From assembly GCF_009914755.1 (NCBI RefSeq), contig NC_060932.1: 64,000 nt of DNA, one strand, 5' to 3'. Made by a program: the position numbers and the translations under genes. Positions 18,200 through 30,400 of this stretch are shown piece after piece (position 1 is the stretch's first letter; the number at the start of each line of letters is the position of its first letter). The notes under the pieces are model-generated. The model had not been told where the DNA came from and ran no database searches. It saw nothing but the letters and a program-made list of their open reading frames with translations. This stretch comes from the human T2T-CHM13v2.0 reference genome, Homo sapiens.

Positions 18200-18720
18200 G
18201 AGAAGCAGGCAGAATAAAAGCTTTGGAACTGTACAGACATTTGTTATAAGGTCTTTCTACTTCTTACCAGCAGGTTGTTAAATATTTCTGAATATCAGTT
18301 TCCTCACCTGTGAAATGAGGTTGTTGTGTTTTTTTAGCTTTGTTGTCGATGTGTGTTTTGTTGGGTTTTTTGAGACGGAGTTTCACTCGTTACCCAGGCT
18401 GGAGTGCAATGGCACAGTCTCGGCTCCCTGCAATCTCCGTCTCCTGGGTTCAACTGAATCTCCTGCCTCAGCCTCCCAAGCAGCTAGGATTACAGGCATG
18501 CGCCACCACGCCCAGCTAATTTTTGTACTTTTTAGTAGAGACAGGGTTTCTCCATGTTGGTCAGGCTAGTCTCAAACTCCAGACCTCAGGTGGTCCGCCT
18601 GCCTCGGCCCCCCAAAGTGCTGGGATTACAGGCGTGAGCCACCGCGCCCAGCCAGGGGTTGTTGTGTTATAGGAGATGCTGCATATAAAGTATGTGCATG
18701 GTGCCTGGTATAGTCCTGGA
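18200..18720 (+). mobile_element. MIR split by an Alu
   Basis: CAGTTTCCTCACCTGTGAAATGAGG core; GTGCCTGGTATAGT 3' part after the Alu. Confidence 0.65.
18331..18653 (-). mobile_element. Alu (AluSp/Sq-like)
   Basis: Full dimer; TSD GGTTGTTGTGTT at 18319-18330 and 18657-18668. Confidence 0.95.
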
Positions 18721-19099
18721 ACCTTAATAATTGGAGGTGTTATTGTTTCTGCTGAGAATTTCAGAAACTTGAGGTAGACTCGTGGGTGAGAGATTTTTGG
18801 TGCTCCTGTGAAACACTGAAAGGCCAATCTACTAATACTATTCATGGGACCACCTTTGCTCAGCAAAGATGGTTTCATCTGTAATACACTCAGTAAATTG
18901 AATACTTTACATCAGCAAACTGAATGCTGACCTTGTGCCAGGCATAATGTTCTGTAGAATAACAGTCCTTGCTCTTATATAGGACTTCATTTAGTGCAAT
19001 TCTCAAATTGCACTGAAAAATATATTGGGTAAATTTCTCCTGACAATCCTAGGAGCTAGGCAGAGCAGATATTATCCCCATCTCAAAGATGATGAGTGA

Positions 19100-19880
19100 A
19101 TATGCAGAGCCCTGGTGGGAAACACACAGTACATTCAATTTAGGTAATTTGAGGAGAGTTTAATAAGCACCCAATTTAAAATGGTGTGGTCGCAAGGAGA
19201 GGAATCTACAAAACACAGTGCAGTAGCCAATTGCTGTTACTCAGGCGTTGGTCGAGGCAATCTATACCCTCTGACCGGAAGGAGCAAGGATTGAACCCAG
19301 AGAGAGAGGGCTATTTGACGGCACTGTGACCTTAGTCTGGGAATGCAACTCGTCCATATACATCCATCAGGGATGAAGCCAGGAGAAGAAGGGCTGACCT
19401 TCACCCATTTCCCTCTGACCTATCACAATTGCTTTCACAAACCAGACTGAAGTGGTAGCCAGCGACCCAGGAAACCCAGTGATGCAGTCCATAGTAATCA
19501 GCCAACTAAATTACAGAGCAAGATGGTGAAGGACAAAAAAATGCCAGGCACAGTGGCTCATGCTTGTAATCCCAGCACTTTAGGAAGCTGAGGTGGGAGG
19601 ATTGTTTGAGCCCAGGAGTTTGAGACCAGCCTGGGCAACACAGTGAGTCCTTATTTCTACAAACAATAGCTGAGTGTTGTAGGATGTTCCTGTAGTTCCA
19701 GCTACTCAGGAGGCTGAGATGGGAGGATCACTTGAGCCTAGGAGGTTGAGGCTGAAGTGAACCGTGGTTACACCACTGCCCTCCAGCCTGGGTGACAGAG
19801 CAAGACCCTGTCTCAAAATGAAAACAAAAACAAAAACAGAAAAACATGAAAGGGCAAATGGAAGTCATACACAACACTGT
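19100..19880 (-). mobile_element. LTR33-like ERVL LTR interrupted by an AluJ
   Basis: GGTAATTTGAGGAGAGTTTAATAA, GATGCAGTCCATA and GGGCAAATGGAAG motifs; family recalled, not searched. Confidence 0.5.
19542..19845 (+). mobile_element. AluJ
   Basis: GAGGATTGTTTGAGCCCAGGAG and GCAAGACCCTGTCTC, typical of the J subfamily. Confidence 0.9.
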
Positions 19881-20199
19881 GTTTTCACAAAGTTAGATTC
19901 TTTTGTTTATACAAATTTGGGAGTGAGGACTAGATCTCAAGTGCTTTAAATTACAGAGTAGTTCTTTTTTATTTTTTAGACATACTGTGTTATCTCTTTT
20001 ATCTTAATAAGTATTTCCCTCCAGTGTTTGATCCTTCTATATAGTCTTTATTCATTTCTGCCTTGCACTAGTCTGTCACCATAGAAATCTGTCTACTCCA
20101 AGTACATTCAGTCTCTTGGTTCATTAGTAACAAAAATCTTCCTTTTGAATCATTGCATCATTTTGCTTCTTACAAGTAATGCAACAGATACTAGTTAAA

Positions 20200-20850
20200 T
20201 TATTTCATCCATTCATTTAACAATTATATAGTGAGTGTCCACTCTATACCAGGCACAGGGATAAGTAAAGGCAAACCTGGCCCCTACTCTCATGGCATTT
20301 TGAGATAGGCTTTCATCAAATTATCCCACTTACGCATGTGTAACTACAAGCTGAGATAATTGCCCTGAAAGAAGGAACATTTCTATGATTTTGGGCTGGG
20401 ATTTAAACTGCTTCCCGAGGAAATGAGGCTTCAGCTGAGGGCTGAAAGGTGAACAGAAGTTAACAAACCAAAGAGAGGAGTAGAGCTGAGAACTTTACGG
20501 GCAGTGGAAACAACACATGCAAAGTCCCTGTGGCCATTGGGAGTATGACAGATCCAACAAATAAAGCCAATATGGGATGGGCTTGGAGAAAGGGAAGGAG
20601 AGGTGGGAGGTGGGCCCAAGTAGAAACCCAGAATGATTAGACAGTGTCTTGAGGATCTATGCAGAATTTTGGTATTTTTCACAAGAGCAATGGGAAACGA
20701 TTGAAGGATTTAAAGCAGAGAATAACAGAACTAATTTTTATTGTAACAAATCTCACTGATGTTGCCGTGTGAAGGATGAGTTGGGAGGGGCCAGAGGAGA
20801 ATCAAACAGACTAGTTAGAAGTCTGTTAAAGAAATTGAGGCATAGCATCT
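20200..20850 (-). mobile_element. L2 fragment
   Basis: TTCATTTAACAA...CCAGGCAC 3' end; GCAATGGGAAACGATTGAAGGATTTAAAGCAG. Confidence 0.7.
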
Positions 20851-21382
20851 TACAGGATGGAATATTAGAATTGACTTAAGCATTCTTTTATTGATTGCAT
20901 TTTTCCTCTATTTTAAACAATGCTACAAAAAATATATTTCCATGTGCGAGCTGGTTTGTGCATGTCAGTGTGAACTTCTCTAGAATAGACACTATGATAT
21001 TCTTCAGGAAACTATGTCTTCTTCATTCCAAAGATTGTTCAGGAACTACTGGGAAGAGAGAGACTACTTTTGATAGGGATGTTAATACATACCAGCTTTA
21101 GGTTGGAGATGCTAGCAACTGCCTCCCCAGATAGAGAGCTTGCTTGAGGATAACTCTAACAAAGAGGAAACCATTGCCAAGTTATGTTGATGGACCAATT
21201 TCTAGTAAGTTTTGCGGGTTCATAGATGTAGAGGTGCTGGAGGCAAGTACTATTTCTGGAATTACATTGCCTAATAGATTCTCCATTTTTGTTTAAGCTA
21301 ATTTAAGTTTGGTTTCTTTCATTTGCAACTAAAACTGCCCTAATAATTAAATTAATACTAAATTAAAAATCAAGTAAGTGAT

Positions 21383-21669
21383 GGCCAGGCACAGTGGCTC
21401 ACGCCTGTAATCCCAGCACTTTGGGAGGCTGAGACAGGTGGATCGCCACAGGTCAGAAGTTCAAAACCAGTCTTGTCAACATGACGAAACCCCGTCTCTA
21501 CTGAAAATACAAAAATTAGTCGGGCATGGTGGCACGTGGCTGTAATCCCAGCTACTCAGGAGGCTGAGGCAGGAGAATTGCTTGAGCCCAGGAGGTGGAG
21601 TTTTCAGTGAGCCGAGATCGCGTCACTGCACTCCAGGCTGGGTGAGACAGCGAGACTCTCTCAAAAAAA
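21383..21669 (+). mobile_element. Alu (AluS)
   Basis: Full dimer; TSD AAGTAAGT. Confidence 0.95.
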
Positions 21670-22913
21670 TTAAGTAAGTAAATGAGATCTGTCATTATAT
21701 TCCTATAAAAATAATATTTATTAAATTCAAAAAGATTGTTTAGCCCCAAACAATATCAGTGATATTCTTGGAACATAGATACTTGAATGGAAAGAAAATA
21801 TGCTCATAGACATGGAGAATTGTTAGAATGCATAATAGGCTATGCTGAGAATTAACAAAAGGACAACTGTTCTCTTATCAATATTAGGGACATTTCTCAT
21901 TCCTTAATAAGCACGTCTACCAACAGAAATTATTCAATTATTCAGTTGTGAAGAAGTGTAAAAAATACTTGAATATTATTACAGAGAACAGGGGGTATGT
22001 ATTGAAGCAGTGATGAAAGCTGACATGAGGTGTCCTGAGTGTTCCAGACTGGATGACCCAGCAGGTGGGATGATATAGAGCTTTTTGATTATGCTTCTCT
22101 AAGCACAATGTCAACCAAACAAGTGATTTTACTAGATACCAGCTATATGAATGGATCTTGTATTCATTTTAATGATCTGAAAGCAAGTCCCCAGGAGAAA
22201 CTCCTATCCGGTCTCATTCCCCCAAAATAGCTATTTGTTTCCCGATAAGTTGGTTTGTTCTTATCATATAGGGACTCTTAAATCATATAACTGACTGGGC
22301 TTCCTTTTTTTAAATGGCTTTCAGAAAACATTTAGTATTAACACTGACTCCAAACTATTAGGATTTGAATGTGTTTAACTCTTTTATGGATTTAGGGATT
22401 TTTTTTCTTCATTCTTATTACTTCTTTGTCAAATATAGTATATATATGATTTTTGTCAATTACCTGTTGCAATTTATACTACCTATACTATTCATACCAA
22501 TCATGTATTTTATTTATAATTTTAAGTTACATTATTTCTCTAAGAAAGTAATCTGAAAAATCTCTAAAAGTGACTTGAGGAAGTATTTTTTTTAAAGGTA
22601 AAGGTTTTATTTATTTGATAAATAATAGGAAAGAATAAAGAGTAGAAAAAAGGTAAAGTTATTAGAAGGGCTAATTTTAAATCCCCATGAAAGAAAGTGC
22701 TCATTTGTTGCTTTCTAACAAAACTAATAAAGTTTTATTTAAAAAGGTGATCTGATTAGCTGTTCCCAGTGGATTGTTTACTTTCTTACTAAAATACACA
22801 TAAAAACATGGTACAGGAGGAACATGCACAATATTAAAAAGTAAGACTGATAAATGCCTTACTCCTGATGTTTCTCTTAGTAATTTTCCATCCACAGACA
22901 CCTCCCCCAACCC

Positions 22914-23021
22914 CTTTGTTATTAATGACATTCATTCCTTCTAGATTCTGTCATCAGGATAGGAAGACAGAATCATCCTGATGAAAGAATATAGGAGGAA
23001 TGAATGTCATTGATAACAAAG
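22914..23021. repeat. Inverted repeat, 47-bp arms, 14-nt spacer
   Basis: 22914-22960 matches the reverse complement of 22975-23021 at 43/47 positions. Confidence 0.95.
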
Positions 23022-23395
23022 ACTTCCTCCTTGACCAAACTTTAGTCAGGCTCCTCTGAGTCCTCTTCCCTACTAGACCTCAGCCTTGGTCTTCTGTATC
23101 CATGGTGCATGGAGCCCAGTTGTAGACAAGAATCTTCCCACCCTTCATATCTGATCAAGTTTCTCTCCCCCGACTCTTATTATCTAACTCCTCAATCTGC
23201 CTTTAGTTGGTTAAGCTAGTTATGCAAGAATCCTCTTTAAGCTTGATGTTTCCCTTTTATAATTTTCTGTCCAGTAACCCCTTCACTCCACTGTGGGCTA
23301 TAAATCCTCAGCTGTTTTTGCTATCTTCAGAGTTCAGCTCAGTTGTATACTGAAGTCTCTCTCCCCTACTGTAGTAGTTTAAATAAAATCTGACA
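23014..23395 (+). mobile_element. MER31-type LTR (3' tip resumes at ~24361)
   Basis: ACAAAGACTTCCTCCTTGACCAAACTTTAGTCAGGCTCCTCTGAG start; AATAAA at ~23382. Confidence 0.75.
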
Positions 23396-23398
23396 TTT

Positions 23399-23592
23399 TT
23401 TTCTTTTTTCTTCCTTCCTTCCTTCCTTCCTTTCTTTTTTTTAGAAGGCATCTCACACTGTCACCCAGGCTGGAGTGCTGGAGTGCAGTGGTGTGATCAC
23501 AGCTCACTGCAGTCTCGAGCTCCTGGACTGATCCTTCCACCTCAGCCTATGAAATAGCTGGGACTACAGGTATACAACACCACACCCACCTA

Positions 23593-23646
<54 letters not shown>

Positions 23647-23740
23647 GATGGGGTTTCACCATGTTGCCTAGGGTGGTCTTGAACTTCTGGGCTCGAGTGA
23701 TCTGCCTGCCTCAGCTTCCCAAAGTGCTAGGATTACAAGA
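23399..23740 (-). mobile_element. AluJ with (TG)~24 in the linker and a (CCTT)n tail
   Basis: Reverse Alu; microsatellite at 23595-23643. Confidence 0.9.
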
Positions 23741-23744
23741 GTAG

Positions 23745-24362
23745 TGAAACCACCTTTGAAAATTATGACTGAGACAGTGAAAGAGATCTAAATTAACCGA
23801 ATCCATCTTGCTTCTAACCTTTAAGCTGTTCTTATTCCTTCCCGGGTGTAGGCTGAACTAGCTTTGGGAGGAACTTAATTTATAGTTTAAAACAAAGATG
23901 ATAACAGCCCTTTCCCAAAACAAAGCTGCTTCTTGCCTGGAGACTAGACTGCCTTTGTAGGACTAACAAACTAGCCACAAGATGAGAAATTATGGTTTAG
24001 GAGTCACGCAGCTGGGCGCTACAAGATTCTCACCCTCCCTAAGCTGCTCCAGGATTAGTGCTTAAGATACTTTGCAGACCCTGCAGTTGATGGATTAGCT
24101 GGCACCACCCAGACGGATAAACTGGCTCACCTGATCTTGTGGCCCCCACCCGGGAACTGACTCAGCCCAAGAGGACAGCTTCAATTGTGCCTAACCAATC
24201 AGCACTCCTGGCTCACTGGCTTCCCCAACCCCACCAAGCTGTCCTTAAAAACTCTGACCCCTGAATGCTCGGGGAAACTGATTTAAGTAGTAATAAAACC
24301 CTGGTCTCCCACAGAACCAGTTCTGTATGAATTACTCCTTCTCTATTGCGATTCCCCTGTCT
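23745..24362 (+). mobile_element. LTR8 (ERV1), 3'-truncated
   Basis: TGAAACCACCTTTG start; GGAACTGACTCAGC, CCAATCAGCAC, AATAAA; normal ...TTACA end is missing. Confidence 0.85.
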
Positions 24363-24502
24363 AGTGTCCAGTGCTAATTTTTGTATTATATTCATAAGCA
24401 ATTAATTGACACAAACATAAAGTACTCCAGCTGCAGTATATGACACACTGCATCTTTGCTTCATGAAATAGACTACCTGAAAAGTAAGACGAGCCTTCAT
24501 GC

Positions 24503-24971
24503 TGTTAAAGACAAGACTCTTCATGACACTTGTTGAAGCAGACTCTATTCAAGGAGACGGTCATGATAGGTGTAGGGACTACTGCAATGAGCTTTTGCAG
24601 TACGGGTTACAGACTGGACTCAACTTCAATACAAGGAAAAGTGGGAATTTATAGCCAAGGAGTGAGTCAGGGGAGATAGCAGTAGATGGAAAATAACTAA
24701 GAGGAAATATCAGGCATAAGGTTAAAGCAACCTAACAGGATTCTTGCTGTAGGCAGACCAGGGTAATGAGACATTACCTGGGGATGGTGGAAGATGACGA
24801 ACCTGATCAGATAGGGAGAGTGGGGAATTATGGCTAAATTGACTTAGCAAGATTCTTGCTTAAAATTAGACAAATGCAGAGATGAACACAGAAGCCCCAA
24901 ATCAGAGCCCATTTTAGAAGAGTGTACAGCAGAGGCTGACTAGAATTTGGTCAAGGAGAGAATCTTTGTCA
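24503..24971 (-). mobile_element. MER31-type LTR
   Basis: Reverse complement begins TGACAAAGATTCTCTCCTTGACCAAATTCTAGTCAGCC. Confidence 0.75.
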
Positions 24972-25571
24972 GTATCTCCCAAGTATCGGTTCTCTAACTC
25001 AGAAATGTAGCATTTCTTATATGTATAGAAAAAAAATAAAATGTCTTCTTACCCTCTTAAAATGGTGACCAGTGAGGCAAGTGGATACTATTTCTTCTTT
25101 CCCTCATCTTTCCATTTGTTGGTTTTCTTCATCCTGGGAGAAATGTCAAAGTCCCGGCAAACTCCTGGAAGGGAGGTAAGAGCAGAGCGCTGGTGCTGTG
25201 CACTCTACGAACTTCAGATGCAGGAGAAGGACAAGCTGGGAAACTCATTTTTCCTGTGCTATGTCAGTTTAGGTACCAGAGAACTAGGCAATGGAGGAAA
25301 AAAAGCAGATTAATGGAGAAAATTCTTATTAGAAACAAAAAATTTGACAGGAAGCTGTGAACATAGCCCTTCAACTGCAAATACATGGGTAGAAAGCAGG
25401 AAAAAGGAAAATTCAATGACCGTGGGTCTGGATGGGATCTCCTTGGATTAGGGATGACTAAGAATGACAGCCAAGTTTAGGCTATTCAATAGTTTGAGAA
25501 TAAGGAGAAAACTATCATCTCTTCTGGGTCTCCAGGAAAAAGTAAAACTCTAAAACTGATCTATCCCAGGA

Positions 25572-27026
25572 TTTTATTTTTTTTTTTTTTAGTATTTATT
25601 GATCATTATTGGGTGTTTCTCAGAGAGGGGGATTTGGCAGGGTCATAGGACAATAGTGGTGGGAAGGTTAGCAGATAAACATGTGAACAAGGATCTCTGG
25701 TTTTCCTAGGCAGAGGACCCTGCGGCCTTCCGCAGTGTTTGTGTCCCTGGGTACTTGAGATTAGGGAGTGGTGATGACTCTTAACGAGCATGCTGCCTTC
25801 AAGCATCTGTTTAACAAAGCACATCTTGCACCGCCCTTAATCCATTTAACCCTGAGTGGACACAGCACATGTTTCAGAGAGCACTGGGTTGGGGGTAAGG
25901 TTATAGATTAACAGCATCCCAAGGCAGAGGAATTTTTCTTAGTACAAAACAAAATGGAGTCTCCTATGTCTACTTCTTTCTACACAGACACAGTAACAAT
26001 CTGATCTCTGTTTCTTTTTACCACATTTCCCCCTTTTCTATTCAACAAAACCACCATCGTCATCATGGCCTGTTCTCAATGAGCTGTTGGGTACACCTCC
26101 CAGATGGTAGACGGGGTGGCGGCCGGGCAGAGGGGCTCCTCACTTCCCAGACGGGGCGGCCGGGCGGAGGCGCCCCCCACCTTCCGGACGGGGCGGCTGG
26201 CCGGACGGGGGCTGCCCCCCACCTCGCGGATGGGGCAGCTGCCCGGCGGAGACGCCCCTCACTTCCCAGACGGGCCGGCTGCCGGGCGGAGGGGCTCCTC
26301 ACTTCTCAGAAGGGGTGGTGGGGCAGAGACGCTCCTCACCTCCCAGACAGGGTGGCGGTTGGGCAGAGACACTCCTCAGATCCCAGACGGGGTCGCGGCC
26401 GGGCAGAGGCGCTCCTCACATCCCAGACGGGGCATCGGGGCAGAGGCGCTCCCCACATCTCAGACGTTGGGTGGCCGGGCAGAGAGGCTCCTCACTTCCT
26501 AGATGGGATGGCGGCCGGGAAGAGGCGCTCCTCACTTCCCAGACTGGGCAGCCAGGCAGAGATGCTCCTTACTTCCCAGACGGGGTGGCGGCCGGGCAGA
26601 GGCTGCAATCTCGGCACTTTGGGAGGCCAAGGCAGGTGGCTGGGAGGTGGAGGTTGTAGCGAGTCGAGATCACGCCACTGCACTCCAGCCTGGGCAACAT
26701 TGAGCACTGAGTGAGCGAGACTCCGTCTGCAATCCCGGCACCTCAGGAGGCCCAGGCGGGCAGATCACTCATGGTCAGGAGCTGGAGACCAGCCCGGCCA
26801 ACACGGCGAAACCCCGTCTCCACCAAAAAATACAAAAACGAGTCAGGCGTGGCGGCGGGCGCCTGCAATCCCAGGCGCTCGGCAGGCTGAGGCAGGAGAA
26901 TCAGGCAGGGAGGTTGCAGTGAGCCGAGATGGTGGCAGTCCAGTCCAGCCTCGGCTCGGCATCAGAGGGAGACCGTGGAAAGTGGGAGACAGGAGAGGGG
27001 GAGGGAGGGGGGAGGGGGAGGGAGAG
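25572..27026 (-). mobile_element. Full-length SVA (old subfamily, SVA_A/B-like)
   Basis: Poly-T 25572-25590; SINE-R to ~26095 with HERV-K polypurine tract/LTR; VNTR ~26095-26600; Alu-like domain to ~26985; degenerate (CCCTCT)n to 27026; T-rich TSD. Confidence 0.96.
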
Positions 27027-28174
27027 CTATTTTTTTTTAACTCTTTAAGAATAATTTACAGATTAAATAAAGACATGGCCTCTTTAAAGGAGAGGCAGAA
27101 GTTCATGTGGAGAGAAAAAAAATGGAGATGAAAGTGAACAAAAAGGATGAGTAGGTAACAGAAAAAAAAACAAAAAAGGAGGTAAAATTAATACAGACTT
27201 AAAAATGCAATATTAAAATGGAAATTCACACACCCAATGAAGAATGGAAAAGCTTTTGAAGAATAATCAAATGTTGACATGGAGAGTAACTTCAATACTG
27301 TTTCCCAAATGCAGAAGAAAAAAAAAATAGGATAAGATAATGAGAAAAGATGACAAGATGACAATATAGGATGTTCATATGCATAATAAGTATACCTAAA
27401 TTTAGCTAAAGACAAATTATAAAGAAAAATATCAAGAATAGTTATTCAGGAAAACCAGGTTTCCAAAAATCCCAGAAACAACTACTATCATATTTGAATA
27501 AAGCAACCTCAAAATCCAGAAGTCAGTCGAGCAAGATCTAAGGAGTTTTGAAGGGAAAAACGTTATAACTCAATTAATTTATATGCATGTTAGTACTTCA
27601 GCTGTCAGAAAACTAAAGACAAAAATTAAAAATAAATGAAAGCACATGAATGAGGAAGATGTGACATTAATGGAGATTAAAGACACAAGTTTAAATTACT
27701 TCATTATGAAACTAAAAATGAATGTTAAAAAGTTTCCTAGGAAGAAATTTTAAATGTCATCAAATATTTCTAAATGGAAACACTCAAAACCGAAAACGTT
27801 GGCTATGAAGCAATGAAAAAAGCAATAAAAATGTACAAATTCATGTTTAAAATAGATTTGACACAAAGATTCTGTCACTTTTGACTTTCTTGATACTAAC
27901 ATGTTTCAGAACTATAGGCTAATGATTACCTTTGAAAAGCATGAACATAATTATGTCTTTTTTTTTTTTTTACTTACTTTTATTTTTCTTATTTAGGGAA
28001 GGTTACCGCCACCTCTCTGTAGGAAATCAAGTGTACATGATGTAAAATGTCAGAAAACTATTACAAATAAATGAGATGGTAAGTGATACCATGCGAGAAC
28101 CCATAAAAACAGAGACTCCCTCATCGTATTTATATATCACAACGTATTGTCAAAAAAATTAAAGGATATAAAGT

Positions 28175-28365
28175 TACATTGTTCAACATGGTAGCTACAT
28201 GTGGGTATGTACATTACAGTTAATTTAAATGAAAAGTTCAGTTCTACAGTCACACTAGCAATATTTTAAGTAATCAATAGCCAGGCATAATTAGTGGCTA
28301 CCGTATCACACAGCACAGATATAAAGCATTCCTGTCAGGGCAGAAAATTCAACTGTATGGTAGTG
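28175..28365. mobile_element. MER3-like hAT-Charlie MITE
   Basis: CAGTCACACTAGC...AATAGCC...TAGTGGCTACCGTAT...CAGCACAGATATA. Confidence 0.7.
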
Positions 28366-28708
28366 TATATACATATACATATATATATATATATATATTT
28401 ATTTATTTATTTATTTATTTATTTTTTAGATGGAGTCTTGCTCTGTCATCCAGGCTAGAGTGCAGTGGCACGATCTCAGCTCACTGCAACCTCTGCCTCC
28501 TGGGTTCAAGCAATTCTCATGCCTCACCCTCTCAAGTAGCTGAGATCACAGATGTGTGCAACCACACCCTGCTATTTTTTGTATTTTTAGTAGAGATGAG
28601 GTTTCACCACATTGGCAAGGCTGGTCTCAAACTCCCAGCCTCAGGCAATCCACCCGCCTTGGCCTCCCAAAGTGCTGGGATTACAGACATGTGCCACCAT
28701 GCCCAGCC
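28365..28708 (-). mobile_element. Alu (AluS) with (TA)n/(TTTA)n tail
   Basis: Reverse full dimer. Confidence 0.93.
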
Positions 28709-29098
28709 TAAAGTATAAATTTATACTGATAAAAGGTGAAATGCATGTATCAGCATAACTTTTGGAGATTTTACCCTTTCACAGATGTCCCTCCCAACTC
28801 CCTAGTCTTTCAAATGTTCTACTCTTAAGAAAATAGTAGAGCAGATGTAAAAAGTGTATGATGTAGAAGATTATTATATTAATAGTGTTTATAATATTGA
28901 GGTGTTAGAAGCAATGTTTTAGCCAATAATATTGCAGGATTGGCTAAATAAATAATGTGTCTAACACGTAAATTATTAGACAAGTGTTAAAATTTGGATT
29001 ATGAAACTAAAAATGTTTTAATTGCAGCAAAAAGATATTTATACATTGTAAACAAAAAAGAGTACTGCTAAAATAGGTATGGGACACAGCTTTCCATA

Positions 29099-30400
29099 CA
29101 GTTATGCATTTTGGTCAGCAGACTCTATATATGATGGTGATCTCATAAGATCATAGTAGAGGTGAAAAATTTCTATCACCTAGTGACGTAGCCATTATAA
29201 CATCATAGTGCTTTTACTTTATTTTTTTTAATAAATTTAGCATAGACTAATTGTAGAGTGTTTAGAAAATGTATAGTAGTGTCTAGTAATGTCCCAGGCC
29301 TTCACATTCATTTACCACTGTTAACTGAAGAATGAGGACATCTATAAATTTAGAAAGGAGAGCTTTATTTCTCATAAAGCGTTGTAGCCTGCATATGGTC
29401 ATTCTGACAAGCTGGGAAGTGAAGCCTCTGGCCAGAAGCTGAAAACAGGTATTTCCAGAGTGGGAAGAATAGGACAGGGATTTATGCTGAAGGAAGCGGC
29501 CAAATATACATATTCAGTAAGCTATAGGAGGAATCATGAATATTTATGAAAGAAGGAATGGGCACATGTGCAATTAAGCTTCATGCCTTTTCTTCGGTCT
29601 CATGTTCAAAAAATGGCCGTGTTAGCATGGCTCAAGCGTGGAGTTTTTTGACCCTCTGATGTCAAAAGGTGAAGCAGAGGACACGGAAATGTTAACTGCA
29701 CATCCTCCATAGAGTGGTCAGAACCACCCCGCCATGGCTGGTGGTCTCTTACCAGGAAGGAATGCTGGTCAGATACTGCCTCAAGTTAGCAAAAGGGAGG
29801 GGCAGCTTCAGGCAGTTGGTTAAAATCAGTGGTGGAGGACTTTTGAAACTGCTGGTTTCTCTTTAGCCCTTAGGGGAAAAAGCCTAATGGAGGTTATTGA
29901 GGGAGGGAGTATAATGAGGCGTCTTACCTCCCATCCCACAGGAATTCAGCCTCCACCTTTTCTCTGGCGTCCCTTTGATCGCAAGGAGTCCTTTCAGTCT
30001 GCTGGGGGCTTAGAAATTAATTTTTATTTTTCATCACTCACTCACTGACTTAGGCAGAGCAGCTTTCAGTCCTGCAAATTCCATTCATGGTAAGTGCCCT
30101 ATGTAGGTGACCGTTTTTTTAATCTCTTACACTTTATTTTTTTACTGTACCTTTTTTATGTCTAGATACATAAATATCTACCATTGTGTTACGATTGCCT
30201 GTGGTATTCAGTGTAGTCATGCTGTACAGCTTTGTAGCCTAGGAGCGATAGGCTAGGCTATACCACATAGCCTAGGTGTGCAGGAGGCTATCCCTCTAGG
30301 TTTTTCTAAGTTCCCTCTGTGATCTTAGCACAACAACAAAATTGCCTAACAATGCATTTCTCAGAACGTATTCTTGTCATTGAGTGACACATGACGACTG
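29099..30400 (-). mobile_element. Tigger3/MER7-type DNA transposon split by an LTR
   Basis: CAG...CTG ends flanked by TA; GCATTTCTCAGAACGTAT and TTTGTAGCCTAGGAGCGATAGGCTA motifs. Confidence 0.8.
29319..30033 (-). mobile_element. MER39-like ERV1 solo LTR
   Basis: TG...CA ends; reverse complement starts TGAAAAATAAAAATTAATTTCTAAGCCCCCAGCAGACTGAA; near-TSD (C/T)CAC. Confidence 0.65.

Noticed and set aside
22010-22040. C/D-box snoRNA-like GTGATGA...CTGA
   Set aside because: The boxes are too close (~30 nt) and there is no convincing terminal stem.
25606-25824. 72-aa ORF MCFVKQMLEGS...
   Set aside because: It is a translation of SVA SINE-R (HERV-K LTR) sequence, not a gene.
26063-26714. Overlapping ORFs up to 211 aa
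   Set aside because: They lie in the GC-rich SVA VNTR and Alu-like domain, which is stop-poor by composition.
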